DNA of 64,000 nucleotides from Leptospira sp. (GCA_034439575.1 JAWXAQ010000002.1:96001-160000), one strand, 5' to 3'. Shown: positions 47,711-58,524, counted from the first letter of the stretch. The notes: generated by a model not told the origin, from the sequence alone. Translations and numbers: made by a program.

Positions 47711-49501
47711 TTATTTATATCCTGCTGCCTGTAATTCAAATAAGTGTGCATAACGTCCGTTCAAATGAATTAAATCTTTATGACTACCGCTTTCAATAAT
47801 TTTTCCATCTGACATTACAATTATTTTATCAGCCATTCGAACCGTTGAAAATCGATGAGAAATCAAAACTACCATTTTGTTTTGTGTCAGATTGCGAAAA
47901 TGATTAAAAATATTCATTTCTGCTTCTGCATCCATTGCTGAAGTTGGTTCATCTAACACCAATATATCGGCATTACTTCTCATAAAAGCTCGTGAAAGCG
48001 CGATTTTTTGCCACTGTCCTCCAGAAAGTTCCTGACCTCCTTTAAACCATTTTCCTAATTGCGTATGAAATCCATCTTTCATTTGTTCGATAAAGGTTTT
48101 TGATAATCCTTTTTCAGCCGCCTCATTCCATAAAATCTCATCATTCATTCTGTCAACATCACCCGCACCAATGTTTTCACCCACAGTGAATTGAAATTGG
48201 ACAAAATTTTGAAATATAACTCCTATACGTTTGTGTAAAATTTCTATATTCCAGTCATTCAAATCTATACCGTCTAACAATATACGCCCGCTAGTTGGCG
48301 AATAGAGTTTTGTTAATAATTTAATCAGAGTTGTTTTTCCGGATCCATTTTCACCGACAATAGCGAGTTTTTCACCTGGCAATAATTGTAAGTTTATATT
48401 TTTTAAAACTGGATTCGGATTCCCTGGATATTGAAAAGAAACGTCTTCGAATTTAATTCCATAATCCATCGTGCCTTTACTTATAACACCAGTTTTAACT
48501 TTGATTGGTAGATTCAAAAATTCGTATAAATTTGCCAGATACAAATTATCTTCATACATTCCACCTATAGAAGATAAGGCGGATGCGAAAGTGGATTGAC
48601 CTTGGCGAAAAACGATTAGAAACATTGTCATTTCTCCAAAGGAAATCACTCCTTGTATTGTTTCCAATATCATCCACACATATGCTCCATAAAATGCAGT
48701 CGTACTAAGTAGTCCTAAGATATAACTCCAAATTCCTTTTTTAATTGTTAGGTTTTTATCTTCTTCATAAAGGCGATTGAATATTTCTTTGTAACGATTT
48801 AAAAGCATATCTCCCAATCGAAATAATTTTACTTCTTTGGCATGATCTTCTCTCGCGATTAAAGTTTCTAAATAATGTTGTTGTCTTGTTTCTGGTGATC
48901 TCCATCGAAAGAGACGAAATGCATGTTCTGAAAATCTCGTTTCTGCAATGAATGATGGAATTGTGGCAATGATTAATATGATAACAGCGATTAATGAAAA
49001 TTGTAATAGTAAACCGCCAAATGTAATAAGTGTTAAAGTGGATTGACACAAACCGAAAATTTTTGTGATAAGGGCAAGTGGTCGACTGGAAGCCTGCGTC
49101 CTTGCTTGTGTCATTTTGTCATAAAACTCTGAATCTTCGAAATGTTGAAGTTCAAGAGTCAATGCCTTTTCCAATATCAAAACATTTACTTTTTGGCCTA
49201 ATTGAACTCTTAATAATGATTGGCATACATTTGTTAATTTTTGTGAAGCACCAAACATCATCAGTACGAAAGCTTCTATGATAACATATTTAATTGTGAT
49301 TTCTGAATCTATTGGACTTTGAGTTTTAGTCGCGAGTATCACACTGTCGACTATCAATTTTCCAACGTAAGCAACTACTGCTGGAAGGAGCCCATTAGAA
49401 ATGGTGACTGCGCAAATAGTTATAGTGAGTGTTTTACTCGTACTCCACAAAAGATTGATTGCGTTCCCAGCATATCGAAAAACATAAAATGCATTTAGCA
49501 T
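47711..49501 (-). CDS. ABC transporter, fused permease/ATPase
   Basis: N-terminal TMD; GENGSGKT, LSGGQWQ, LVLDEPTS, ISHRFST. Confidence 0.93.
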   Translation of the reverse strand: MLNAFYVFRYAGNAINLLWSTSKTLTITICAVTISNGLLPAVVAYVGKLIVDSVILATKTQSPIDSEITIKYVIIEAFVLMMFGASQKLTNVCQSLLRVQLGQKVNVLILEKALTLELQHFEDSEFYDKMTQARTQASSRPLALITKIFGLCQSTLTLITFGGLLLQFSLIAVIILIIATIPSFIAETRFSEHAFRLFRWRSPETRQQHYLETLIAREDHAKEVKLFRLGDMLLNRYKEIFNRLYEEDKNLTIKKGIWSYILGLLSTTAFYGAYVWMILETIQGVISFGEMTMFLIVFRQGQSTFASALSSIGGMYEDNLYLANLYEFLNLPIKVKTGVISKGTMDYGIKFEDVSFQYPGNPNPVLKNINLQLLPGEKLAIVGENGSGKTTLIKLLTKLYSPTSGRILLDGIDLNDWNIEILHKRIGVIFQNFVQFQFTVGENIGAGDVDRMNDEILWNEAAEKGLSKTFIEQMKDGFHTQLGKWFKGGQELSGGQWQKIALSRAFMRSNADILVLDEPTSAMDAEAEMNIFNHFRNLTQNKMVVLISHRFSTVRMADKIIVMSDGKIIESGSHKDLIHLNGRYAHLFELQAAGYK

Positions 49502-49573
49502 GATTTTGATTGAATGAATCCTATCTTTTTTGTATACAGATTCTTTAATAAAAATGATAATTATAAGAATTAT

Positions 49574-51595
49574 ATGTTTCGAAAAACGCTCTCCATATTT
49601 ATCCTTCTGAATCTTTGTTTCATACAGAATATATTTTCTGAGGAAAGGTTGTTATACTGGGAAAAAATTCATGTTGAGGCCTATTTAGATGAATTGGGTG
49701 ACTTGGAAGTCATAGAAACCCAGGCAATCAGGTTTAACGGTGATTGGAATGGGGCCTATCGAAAATATGATGTAGGTTGGGGACAAAAAATTAAATTCCT
49801 ATCTTTAGAAAGACAGTTGGAAGATGGAAATTGGAAATTATTAAAATCAGGTTCCATAGATGAGGTCGACTATTATGAATATTATCCATCAGATTATGAA
49901 ATTAAATGGAGATCCAGGGGAGTGACAGATCCTCCTTTTAAGGACAAATTAATTTTATACAGAATCAAAACCAAATATCAAAACATACTTAATCATAAAT
50001 TAGATGGCAGTTATGAATTGGATCATGATTTTGCGTTTAGTGATAGAGAGAGTAACATTCGTGAGATGGAGATAAATTTTAAATTTCATGAAAATTGGAA
50101 ATTGCCTACTAAAATTCAAAGTCAAATAGATTCACTAAATTTGAAGTTTATTTCATCAAAAGAGTTATTGCCAGGCGAAAAGTTTATAATTAAAATAGAC
50201 TTACAATTTATTGGTAAAAATCCAGAAATTCTCTCTCCTTCCATTATTTGGATATATTTAGAAAGATTTTTTCATATTATTATTTTAATCTTCGTATTAT
50301 CATTGTTCAACTATTTGATTTATTTATATGCCAAACAGAAAGGAATTTTTGATGACCCTAAAGAAATAAGTTCATGGGTGGAATTTGAGCAATTATTAGG
50401 AGGCGTTGTTCCTGAGCATATTGCTCTTTTATCAGAAAATGGACTCGTAGAATCATGGTTAACTCGGCTAATTTTTGAAAAGAAAATCCAAATCATCAAA
50501 GAAAAGGATGAAAGTTATATCATTCGGCATTTAGTACCTTTAAATGAATTTACAGAAAGGGATCAAAAAATCTTAAAAGAAATTTTTGTATTAAATAAAG
50601 ATACGATCACTAATAAAGAAATCAAAGATTTTTATCGCCAAAAGGGTGATAGTTTTTCCTTGAGCGCATCTATAAGATCAATTTATGAACCTGATCTGAT
50701 TCGTATGGGAATTGTAGAAAATAAAACAAATCATATTGAAAAAATATTTGCATTCTTATTCGAAACTATTCTAAAAAATGCCTTTATATTTTTTACTTTT
50801 GTTATCATTATGATGGTTCTTTATATTGCTTTGTTAAGTGATACAATGAGTACGAATGGAATCAGTCCAGGCAGACTCATTTTTTCTACTATAGTATTTC
50901 TAATAGCAACGCTTGTCATTTCTTTAGTGGAGGACACACATTACGGCTTCCATGATTTAAATCATAATCGAAAAATATTCTTTGTAACTCGATTTTTAAG
51001 ATCACTCATTCCCGGTTGTATAGTCATTGGATTTTATTTTTGGAGCATAGAACTTACCGATACATTTTATTATTCGTTATTGGGTTTAATCGGGATCGTT
51101 AGCGCCAATCATTTGTTAAGAGAATCACCTTTAACACATTTAAAACAAATTCAATCATCGCTCTGGGCTTTATCTTTAAAAGAATATTTAGAATCAAAAT
51201 TATTGTCGGATGATGTTTGCGATATTCCAGTAACGTATGTTGCTTATTTACCAGCTTTCGGACTCACTTTTTCAGTTCAATACCGGATTGAGAATAGAAA
51301 GAAGAACGACGTATTTCATTTGTTGCCCGAGTCTATTTCTGATATCAAAAGCGACTCTATAGAAAAAAGTTCTAATCCTCAAATTGGAAATACTAGCATA
51401 AGTTCAACGGAATCTGGTTCAAGTAGTTCCTCACCAAATATTGGAGCTGGAGGTATGTTTAGTGGAGCGGGCGCCTCTGCCTCATGGTCCGATATAGGAA
51501 ATTTTTCCAGCGCCACAAGTTATTCACCACCAAGTTCGAGCAGTTCGTCATCTGGCTCGAGTAGTTCAGGTGGTGGTGGTGGCGGCGGTTGGTGA
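49574..51595 (+). CDS. DUF2207-like membrane protein with Gly/Ser-rich C-terminal tail
   Basis: Signal peptide, GDLEVIETQ..FNG.WNG.YR, several TM segments, YLPAFGL, terminal SSSGGGGGGGW. Confidence 0.75.
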   Translation: MFRKTLSIFILLNLCFIQNIFSEERLLYWEKIHVEAYLDELGDLEVIETQAIRFNGDWNGAYRKYDVGWGQKIKFLSLERQLEDGNWKLLKSGSIDEVDYYEYYPSDYEIKWRSRGVTDPPFKDKLILYRIKTKYQNILNHKLDGSYELDHDFAFSDRESNIREMEINFKFHENWKLPTKIQSQIDSLNLKFISSKELLPGEKFIIKIDLQFIGKNPEILSPSIIWIYLERFFHIIILIFVLSLFNYLIYLYAKQKGIFDDPKEISSWVEFEQLLGGVVPEHIALLSENGLVESWLTRLIFEKKIQIIKEKDESYIIRHLVPLNEFTERDQKILKEIFVLNKDTITNKEIKDFYRQKGDSFSLSASIRSIYEPDLIRMGIVENKTNHIEKIFAFLFETILKNAFIFFTFVIIMMVLYIALLSDTMSTNGISPGRLIFSTIVFLIATLVISLVEDTHYGFHDLNHNRKIFFVTRFLRSLIPGCIVIGFYFWSIELTDTFYYSLLGLIGIVSANHLLRESPLTHLKQIQSSLWALSLKEYLESKLLSDDVCDIPVTYVAYLPAFGLTFSVQYRIENRKKNDVFHLLPESISDIKSDSIEKSSNPQIGNTSISSTESGSSSSSPNIGAGGMFSGAGASASWSDIGNFSSATSYSPPSSSSSSSGSSSSGGGGGGGW

Positions 51596-51601
51596 AAGTT
51601 A

Positions 51602-52483
51602 TTACAAATATCGTTTAAAAAAACTAACCGATCTTTTTTCCGCCTCATCTTTGTTTGTATTCCAAATCCTTTCATGTCGACTACAGACAGGAATCCAGAT
51701 TTCTTTTGGTTCTTTGGCAGCAGAAAAAAGTCGATCTGCATGTTTGGAATCTACGTAATCATCATGATCACAATGAAAAATGGAAATGGGTCTAGGTGAG
51801 ATATTTCCAATTTTTTGTTCTGGAATCACAGTCTCTATTTCCATAGAACCACGCATATTTAAAACGAATTGGACAATAGGTATAAGAGGATAATAAGGAA
51901 TTCCAAAATCTCTTTTTGCCGATTCTGACATTACATCCATAGCTGACGCATAGCCACTGCTAAATAAGCCAGCTTTGACACGTTTGTCTTTTTCCATTGT
52001 TAATATACTTGTTGCGGCACCCATAGAAAATCCAAAGAGCCCGATCGAATCCATTTTTTTCTCGTTTAACAAATAGTCGATGGCAGAGACAACATCAGAG
52101 GTTTCATAATAACCCATACTAGCGAAGGATCCAGAATTTCTTCTGAGACTCAGTGCAAGTAGATTGAATCCTGCTTTATTTAAGACGGGCGCGAATCTAA
52201 GACCTTCGTTACGCGAACCACCATGCCCATGAACAAAGATAATGACTTTTTTGGAACCTTTGGCTGGTATAAACCAACTTTCCAAAGTAAGACCACTAGG
52301 TGTATGGATCTTGACAGTTTCGTATTCCAAATTTAATTCTTTGGGAGTGTCGCAAAACACGTGGTGATCTTTATTACAGTTGACGGCAGGATAAAGCACA
52401 AGAGATGAAAAATACCACGGTATAAAGGATAAAATTAGAATAAGGACAATGAGCCCAAGGGTGATTTTGTGTGATTTTTTCAT
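51602..52483 (-). CDS. Membrane-anchored alpha/beta hydrolase
   Basis: VHGHGG, GFSMGA, D..V, H; N-terminal TM. Confidence 0.88.
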   Translation of the reverse strand: MKKSHKITLGLIVLILILSFIPWYFSSLVLYPAVNCNKDHHVFCDTPKELNLEYETVKIHTPSGLTLESWFIPAKGSKKVIIFVHGHGGSRNEGLRFAPVLNKAGFNLLALSLRRNSGSFASMGYYETSDVVSAIDYLLNEKKMDSIGLFGFSMGAATSILTMEKDKRVKAGLFSSGYASAMDVMSESAKRDFGIPYYPLIPIVQFVLNMRGSMEIETVIPEQKIGNISPRPISIFHCDHDDYVDSKHADRLFSAAKEPKEIWIPVCSRHERIWNTNKDEAEKRSVSFFKRYL

Positions 52484-52608
52484 AAGGCAAATGATTGTGA
52501 TTGGCTTTCATTTTGTAAACAGACTTTTCGGTTTTGGCAAATATCTTTTCAAATTCAATTTTTTGTAGACTTAAACTCGGAATTTATGATTACTTTGTAG
52601 AACGTTTT

Positions 52609-53226
52609 ATGGACAAAATAGAAAAAGCCGCTTGGGAAATTCGAAACGAAAAAAATAAAGCTGGTGTAAGATGGTTACTCATCTTCATCATCGTACCTTA
52701 TCTTTCCTACTTATTATTTACAGGCAAATCTGTCGAGATTGGGCATGAAAATATTTTTAACTGGTATTATGTTCTATCCGTTGCCTCTTTTATCATCTCC
52801 GTAAACTTATTTGTCACCTTTTTATTGTTACGTGCTGTAAAAAAAGGTATGATTCAACCTTCTGTAAAATACTACACTATGATAGCTGATTTTTTGGCTG
52901 TCGCACTTGTCATGATTCCAACTGGTGGCAGTGAAAGTATGTTTTTTACTATCAATTATATTGTGATAGTTTCCAACAGCTTACGTTATGGATTGCGTAT
53001 CGCGATTCTTGGGACGATCGTTATGAATATTTTTTATATTGGAGTCCTCGCATTTCAGTATTATCCTGATAAAGAAATTGTAGGCGTCCAAAAAGAAATT
53101 TTAAAGGTCGGTGGTTTTTGGTTAGTCGGGATTTATACAGGTTATTTATCTATGCGTTTTGAAATTTTACGCGGCGAAATCGAACATTACCAAAAATTAT
53201 TAGCAGAAGCCCTCAAAAACAAATGA
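52609..53226 (+). CDS. Multi-pass membrane protein (orphan sensor-like domain)
   Basis: About 5 TM helices; D...TGGSES.F...LRYG pattern; ATG at 52609. Confidence 0.65.
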   Translation: MDKIEKAAWEIRNEKNKAGVRWLLIFIIVPYLSYLLFTGKSVEIGHENIFNWYYVLSVASFIISVNLFVTFLLLRAVKKGMIQPSVKYYTMIADFLAVALVMIPTGGSESMFFTINYIVIVSNSLRYGLRIAILGTIVMNIFYIGVLAFQYYPDKEIVGVQKEILKVGGFWLVGIYTGYLSMRFEILRGEIEHYQKLLAEALKNK

Positions 53227-53591
53227 TGGAAAAAAAAGAAGAAGAACAAATTCCCGCAGGCATCGAAAGATCTCTCCGCAAAGGAAATATAAATTTTGAT
53301 TTTTTGCAACCAGAAGATGTCCCGAGTGACACAATCGAATCAGAAGTTTCCAATCGCAGATCAAATTCTCGCCAAGGAAAACGTGGGCTGTTTAATCGTG
53401 GCAGACCGCCGAGACCATTTAAAAAGTATCACCTTTATCTTGCTATATTGTTTTGCTTGGGCCAATTAGGTGCCATCATTGGAATTTCTCTTAGCCAACA
53501 ATACCTTTGGTTATTACTGATTCCCATTCTTCTTACTTTATTTTTGGGATCTTTGATTATGGTAACAATCCTTCTCGTAAGACCTCTTTGA
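53223..53591 (+). CDS. Hypothetical membrane protein
   Basis: ATGA overlap with the upstream gene; charged N-terminus, two C-terminal TM helices. Confidence 0.65.
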   Translation: MMEKKEEEQIPAGIERSLRKGNINFDFLQPEDVPSDTIESEVSNRRSNSRQGKRGLFNRGRPPRPFKKYHLYLAILFCLGQLGAIIGISLSQQYLWLLLIPILLTLFLGSLIMVTILLVRPL

Positions 53592-53668
53592 TTAAAAATC
53601 AAATTAATGATAAAATCAAAAAAGATATTATTTAATATATGATTTTATCAATCGAGACATTTTTTACA

Positions 53669-54412
53669 TTATGATTGTATAGTTACAATATTTACTTTAG
53701 TTTCTTTTCCATATAATATTTCATTCGCACGAAAACACAAACGATCCAATGTTTCTTCCAGGTGTTTAGCTTGTTTGGCGAGAGATGCTTCACTCAAATC
53801 CTCACTTGGTTGGATTGGTTCTCCGATAACTAATGCGACTCTTGAAAAGGGGAGAGGGAAACTCAAATCATCCCAATTCGAACTCACAACTCGCCTTGAA
53901 AATCCGACTCCTATTGGCACCACACAGCTGTTTGCTTTGGCGGCCATATAGACCACTCCAGGTTTTGCCTCATATATGGGTCCATGCGGTCCATCTGGGG
54001 CAACTAGAGCTGGAATACCACTTTGAATTTTCTTTATAAAATTCATGATACCAGCAGACTGTTTTCCAAGAGAGGCATCTAACACATCAAAGCCTAATGC
54101 TTTCAATGTCTTTAGTCCAATTTCACGAACGAAATGAGTTTTACTATTTTCATACTCTGCAGTTCTCGGATGATCGGAATAGATACATAAATTTCGATGA
54201 TGAAGACAAAAGACAGCGGCATCCACAAAGGTATGCCAGATAGCTACTATGTGGTTTTTTTTCTTGGTGCGAAGGATACGTAGATGATCCTCCCCTTCAA
54301 TTTGAAATTCTAATGTTGATTGGTAAATACTAAGAAGTATAGCTGCAAATGTAGAAAGTAGACTGGTACTAGCACGGTAAAGAGTACGTTTGATGGGATG
54401 AGCAGGCAACAT
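53669..54412 (-). CDS. Lysophospholipid acyltransferase-like (DUF374) protein (start could be 54436)
   Basis: AIWH, APDGPHGP..AKPG, WD...PLPFSR. Confidence 0.8.
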   Translation of the reverse strand: MLPAHPIKRTLYRASTSLLSTFAAILLSIYQSTLEFQIEGEDHLRILRTKKKNHIVAIWHTFVDAAVFCLHHRNLCIYSDHPRTAEYENSKTHFVREIGLKTLKALGFDVLDASLGKQSAGIMNFIKKIQSGIPALVAPDGPHGPIYEAKPGVVYMAAKANSCVVPIGVGFSRRVVSSNWDDLSFPLPFSRVALVIGEPIQPSEDLSEASLAKQAKHLEETLDRLCFRANEILYGKETKVNIVTIQS

Positions 54413-54545
54413 GCGACCAATTGGACATTTTTTCAAATAGTTGACGAGACATTTTTAGCATTCAAAGGTCTTGCAAAATTCCTCTATCATCTTAATTTTG
54501 TGGGAATCTTGGAACTAATTTCAAGATTTAAGGAATATCAATTTA

Positions 54546-55736
54546 ATGGAAATTCATGGCAATTGCCATAAACAGTTTCAGAAAGTAAGAGATACCTTCG
54601 AAAATAATTTTTATGATGAGGGTGAGATTGGTGCGGCTCTTTGTGTATTTCACAAAGGTAAAAAGGTCGTTGATTTATGGGCGGGATTTAAAAATGTAGA
54701 GAGAAGCGAACCATGGTTAGATGATACGATTGTTCCTTTCTTTTCTGTCACTAAGGGATTAACTGCTCTTTGCTTTGGTATGCTTGCTGATAAAAAAAAA
54801 TTATCTTATGATAAACTCGTTTCACACTACTGGCCCGATTTTGCAAATCACGGAAAAGAAAATATTACTGTTAAACAATTATTGGAACATACTGCTGGAC
54901 TACATTCATTGGGAACCAAATTGCAAATTTCTGATTTTTGGACAAATCCTGAAAAAGTATATAAAGCCTTAATTGACCAAAGACCAGCATGGACTCCTGG
55001 CGAGAAACAAGGGTATGGTGCTCAAATTTGGGGCGCATATGCGGCTGAACTTTTTAAAAGAATCAATGCTGAGACAGCAGGTACATTTTTTCAAAGAGAA
55101 ATTGCTAAAAAATTAAAATTAAACATTTATCTTGGTTTGCCTGAAAGTTCTGTTTCAAAAGTTGCGACCGTTTATCCTATATCAAACCTCAAAAGGATTT
55201 TATTTTTATTACCCCAAATAATAAAAGGTGAGGGAAGTGAAGGCAGAGCCGGTAGAGATGTGTTATTCGGTGATAGTGAAGTGAGCAAAGCCTACCTTAA
55301 TCCACAAGTTGGACTGAAAGGATTGAATACTTTTAATGATCCAGAATTACACAAACATGAGTTACTTTGGGCAAATGGAATTGGAGATGCACGTAGTTTA
55401 GCTACAATTTATAATATACTTGCCGTTGGTGGAAAAAAGGGAACATATAAATTATTAAGTTCTAGTTTATTGAAGAAGTTATCCGCAAAACATCCGCTAT
55501 ATTATGATATGGTGATTCATAAAAACATGGGTTGGAACTATGGTTTTTTGAAAGAAGAAGAAGGTATCTTTTCTCCCAATTCTGAAACCTTCGGTCATCC
55601 GGGTATGGGTGGGAGCTTATCATTTGCGGATACTAAGGATAAAATTGCATTTGGATATGTTTGCAATAAAATGGATTACCGAGTGAGGGCACCAAAGACT
55701 CTTAAATTATGCAAAGCCGTATATGATTCTCTTTAG
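54546..55736 (+). CDS. Serine hydrolase, beta-lactamase/EstA family
   Basis: FSVTK (SxxK), LLEHTAGL, PGEKQGY, FGHPGMGGS. Confidence 0.92.
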   Translation: MEIHGNCHKQFQKVRDTFENNFYDEGEIGAALCVFHKGKKVVDLWAGFKNVERSEPWLDDTIVPFFSVTKGLTALCFGMLADKKKLSYDKLVSHYWPDFANHGKENITVKQLLEHTAGLHSLGTKLQISDFWTNPEKVYKALIDQRPAWTPGEKQGYGAQIWGAYAAELFKRINAETAGTFFQREIAKKLKLNIYLGLPESSVSKVATVYPISNLKRILFLLPQIIKGEGSEGRAGRDVLFGDSEVSKAYLNPQVGLKGLNTFNDPELHKHELLWANGIGDARSLATIYNILAVGGKKGTYKLLSSSLLKKLSAKHPLYYDMVIHKNMGWNYGFLKEEEGIFSPNSETFGHPGMGGSLSFADTKDKIAFGYVCNKMDYRVRAPKTLKLCKAVYDSL

Positions 55737-55831
55737 TTTTGATTATTGAATGTTAGGAGACCAAAGTATTTTATTTATCTTTTAAAAAAAACTATACTTT
55801 ATTTTGAGAATTTCTTATTTTTGGAGTTAAC

Positions 55832-56248
55832 ATGAAGAAATTATATACAGCAGTTATGACAGCAAGTGGTGGGAGATCCGGTGTTGTAAAATCACCTGAT
55901 GATAAATACAACTTTGCACTTTCCATGCCGAAAGAGTTACGTGGTGATGGTGGAGATGGGGTCAATCCAGAATTATTATTTGCGGCTGGGTATTCTGCCT
56001 GTTTTCATAGTGCGATGAAAGTTGTAGCTACAAAACAAAAGTTGGATATAGAAAATTCTTCTGTGACCGCTTCAATAGATATCGGCATGATTAGTGGTGG
56101 AGGGTTTGGACTTGCGGCTACTTTATCAGTAAACATTCCTGGAATGGATAAAGAAACGGCACAAGCATTAGTTGAATCAGCACATAAAGTCTGTCCTTAT
56201 TCAAATGCGACTAGAAATAATATAGAAGTAATGCTGGTGATCCTTTGA
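55832..56248 (+). CDS. ohr: Organic hydroperoxide resistance protein
   Basis: GGRSG, NPELLFAAGYSACF, AHKVCPYSNATR. Confidence 0.95.
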   Translation: MKKLYTAVMTASGGRSGVVKSPDDKYNFALSMPKELRGDGGDGVNPELLFAAGYSACFHSAMKVVATKQKLDIENSSVTASIDIGMISGGGFGLAATLSVNIPGMDKETAQALVESAHKVCPYSNATRNNIEVMLVIL

Positions 56249-57411
56249 TTGGATCATTCAAATTTAAATCATTAATTTTATTTATATTATTTTTGTTAGG
56301 TGGATGTAGAAGTTCACTACCAGAGTCATTAAGCAAAATTGAACTTCGGGATGAAATTCATTCTCAACGCATTCCACTTGTTTTTGTACCAGGGATTAAG
56401 GGTTCTGTATTAAAGGATCAAAAAAATGCCACCATGTGGCTTACCGCTTTCCAAGCATTGGGTCTTTCCACTCCTGACCTCTCTCTAAAAAAATCATCAA
56501 ATCCATTCTTTCCGGTTGGTGCCATTGAACGAGTAACGCTCATACCTTATATCGTAGATGTTGCGCTATACGGTCCATGGCTTGAGCGTATGACTTTGGA
56601 AGAAGATTTTGATTTTTATGTTTTTTCCTATGATTGGAGAAAAGATAACATTAATTCAAGAGATGCGCTCAAAATATTTTTAGAGAAAATATCTAAAGCG
56701 TACAAACATAAACCAGTCTTAGTTGGACATTCAATGGGCGGAATGTTATCTTTTTCTGTAATCAATTCTGATCCAGATTTGGTGGACAAAGTAGTGTTAG
56801 TGGGCGTGCCTTTTAGAGGTGGCATCGGTTATATGAAAGACCTTTATTCTGGAAATTCTACGGGTTTCAATTCTAAAATTCAAGCACCTTGTACGATTGT
56901 TAGATATGAGTCAGTGTATTCCTTTTTTCCCAGATTAAATACTAAGGATTCGCAAGGCTTAGTATTGGATGATAAAGGTAAACCCATTCCTATCGATTTT
57001 TTTGCAGAGTCTTCATGGCGAGATAATAAATTAGGTTTTTACGGGAATCATTGCCAAGAAGATGATACTCCGAGTCAATTAGAATTTCAGAATATATTAA
57101 ATCGTGCAAAATTGTTTAGAGAATCACTGGATTTAAAATCTACATTACTAAACAAATCACCGCAAGCCCTTGTTGTGAATGCCAATAATCGACAAACAAG
57201 GAAATTCATCCAACACAAAGATGGAATGAATTTGCCATCTTGGGAAATAGATAATACTACGAAATCCGATGGAGATGGAAGTGTTTTATTTGAACATAGC
57301 CTTCCGCCTGAGGGTTTTAAATACAAAATGATTCAAACTGAATACGAGCACTCTCTTATGTTAAATGATAAATCTGTCCAGAATCAAATTCTTAATTTTC
57401 TTAGAAATTAA
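56245..57411 (+). CDS. Lipase/LCAT-like alpha/beta hydrolase lipoprotein
   Basis: Lipobox LGGC; FVPGIKGS, YDWR, GHSMGG, GDGSV, EHS; TTG start overlapping the ohr stop. Confidence 0.82.
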   Translation: MIGSFKFKSLILFILFLLGGCRSSLPESLSKIELRDEIHSQRIPLVFVPGIKGSVLKDQKNATMWLTAFQALGLSTPDLSLKKSSNPFFPVGAIERVTLIPYIVDVALYGPWLERMTLEEDFDFYVFSYDWRKDNINSRDALKIFLEKISKAYKHKPVLVGHSMGGMLSFSVINSDPDLVDKVVLVGVPFRGGIGYMKDLYSGNSTGFNSKIQAPCTIVRYESVYSFFPRLNTKDSQGLVLDDKGKPIPIDFFAESSWRDNKLGFYGNHCQEDDTPSQLEFQNILNRAKLFRESLDLKSTLLNKSPQALVVNANNRQTRKFIQHKDGMNLPSWEIDNTTKSDGDGSVLFEHSLPPEGFKYKMIQTEYEHSLMLNDKSVQNQILNFLRN

Positions 57412-57501
57412 CTTTTTCAAAGAATAAGGATAGATTTTTGATAAGGAATTTGGGAAAATTGTATTATATTTTGAAATAAATAGACTAGAGAGTCCACTTA
57501 T

Positions 57502-58482
57502 ATGAAACAACCGAGCAAAGAATGGAAAGAAACCATTTTACCAACTGAAGAACAAATCTTCCAAAAATATTCTGAACCTTTCCGCCAATTACAAAGAAAA
57601 AAAAACAGTATGTATGGCAAGGGTCGTGGCTTACATAGAAAACAATTATTGGCACTTAAAGCGACTTTCGAAGTTTTAAAAGATATTCCCGCTCACGCAA
57701 AATTTGGGTTATTCGCCAAACCTAATAAGTACGATGCGACAATACGTCTTTCCAATGGTGGAATGGATAAAAAATCAGACTCTGTTCCAGACATTAGGGG
57801 CTTTTCCATAAAAGTTAATGATGTGAAAGGAGATGGCGCATTGGGAAAAAAAACGAGTTCCCAAGATTTTCTATTAATCAATCATGCTATTTTTTCTTTA
57901 CCTGATTTTGAATCCTTTATAAACTTAGTACTCGCATTAGGCGAAGGAATGCCGAGTTTAATAAAGTATTTATTTCAAAAGTATGGTTTTCTTGGTGGTT
58001 TTAAAAAGATTGGCGAAACAGCAAAAACAATGGGTAAACCTTTCACAAGTTTTGCGACAGAAAATTTTCATTCGGCGGCTCCGATTTCTTGCGGACCATA
58101 TGCTGTCAAAGTAAGATTGAATCCATCAAAAAAACCAAATGGTAAAAAAGCTGGTAAAGACTGGGCAGAAGATTTTTCAAAACATTTAGCAGAAGGAGAA
58201 TTGAGTTTTGATTTTCAATTGCAGTTTTTTGTTGATCCATTACAAACACCGATTGAAGATCCGACTGTAGAATGGCCAGAAGCAGAAACACCTTTTGTGA
58301 CTGTTGGTCGACTAACAATACCGATTCAGAATGTAGATCTTACAAATGCTTCTACGTTTGCATTAGAAGTAGAAAATTCAAAATTTGATCCTTGGAATGC
58401 GCTGTTGGATCATAAACCACTTGGTCAAATCATGCGCGCTAGAAAACATTATTACTTCCAAAGCCAACAAGAACGAAGCTAA
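57502..58482 (+). CDS. Small catalase-related heme protein
   Basis: RGLHRK (distal His), IRLSNG, PDIRGFSIK, QDFLLIN, TPIEDPTVEW, FDPWN...H.PLG..MRARKHYY. Confidence 0.8.
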   Translation: MKQPSKEWKETILPTEEQIFQKYSEPFRQLQRKKNSMYGKGRGLHRKQLLALKATFEVLKDIPAHAKFGLFAKPNKYDATIRLSNGGMDKKSDSVPDIRGFSIKVNDVKGDGALGKKTSSQDFLLINHAIFSLPDFESFINLVLALGEGMPSLIKYLFQKYGFLGGFKKIGETAKTMGKPFTSFATENFHSAAPISCGPYAVKVRLNPSKKPNGKKAGKDWAEDFSKHLAEGELSFDFQLQFFVDPLQTPIEDPTVEWPEAETPFVTVGRLTIPIQNVDLTNASTFALEVENSKFDPWNALLDHKPLGQIMRARKHYYFQSQQERS

Positions 58483-58494
58483 TATTGGTTTATT

Positions 58495-58524
58495 AACGAC
58501 TGCTATTTTTTAATAGCGGTCGTT
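58495..58524 (+). terminator. Stem-loop after the catalase-like gene, probable terminator
   Basis: AACGACTGCTATT-tttt-AATAGCGGTCGTT, 13-bp stem with one G-U pair; weak U-tract. Confidence 0.6.

Noticed and set aside
51520-51758. Short ORFs and GGT/GGC repeats at the DUF2207 3' end (poly-Pro ORF on the minus strand)
   Set aside because: Shadows of the Gly/Ser-rich tail typical of this family.
54546-55736. True beta-lactamase resistance gene
   Set aside because: Motifs fit the family VIII esterase/serine hydrolase group; cytoplasmic, with no signal peptide or KTG motif.
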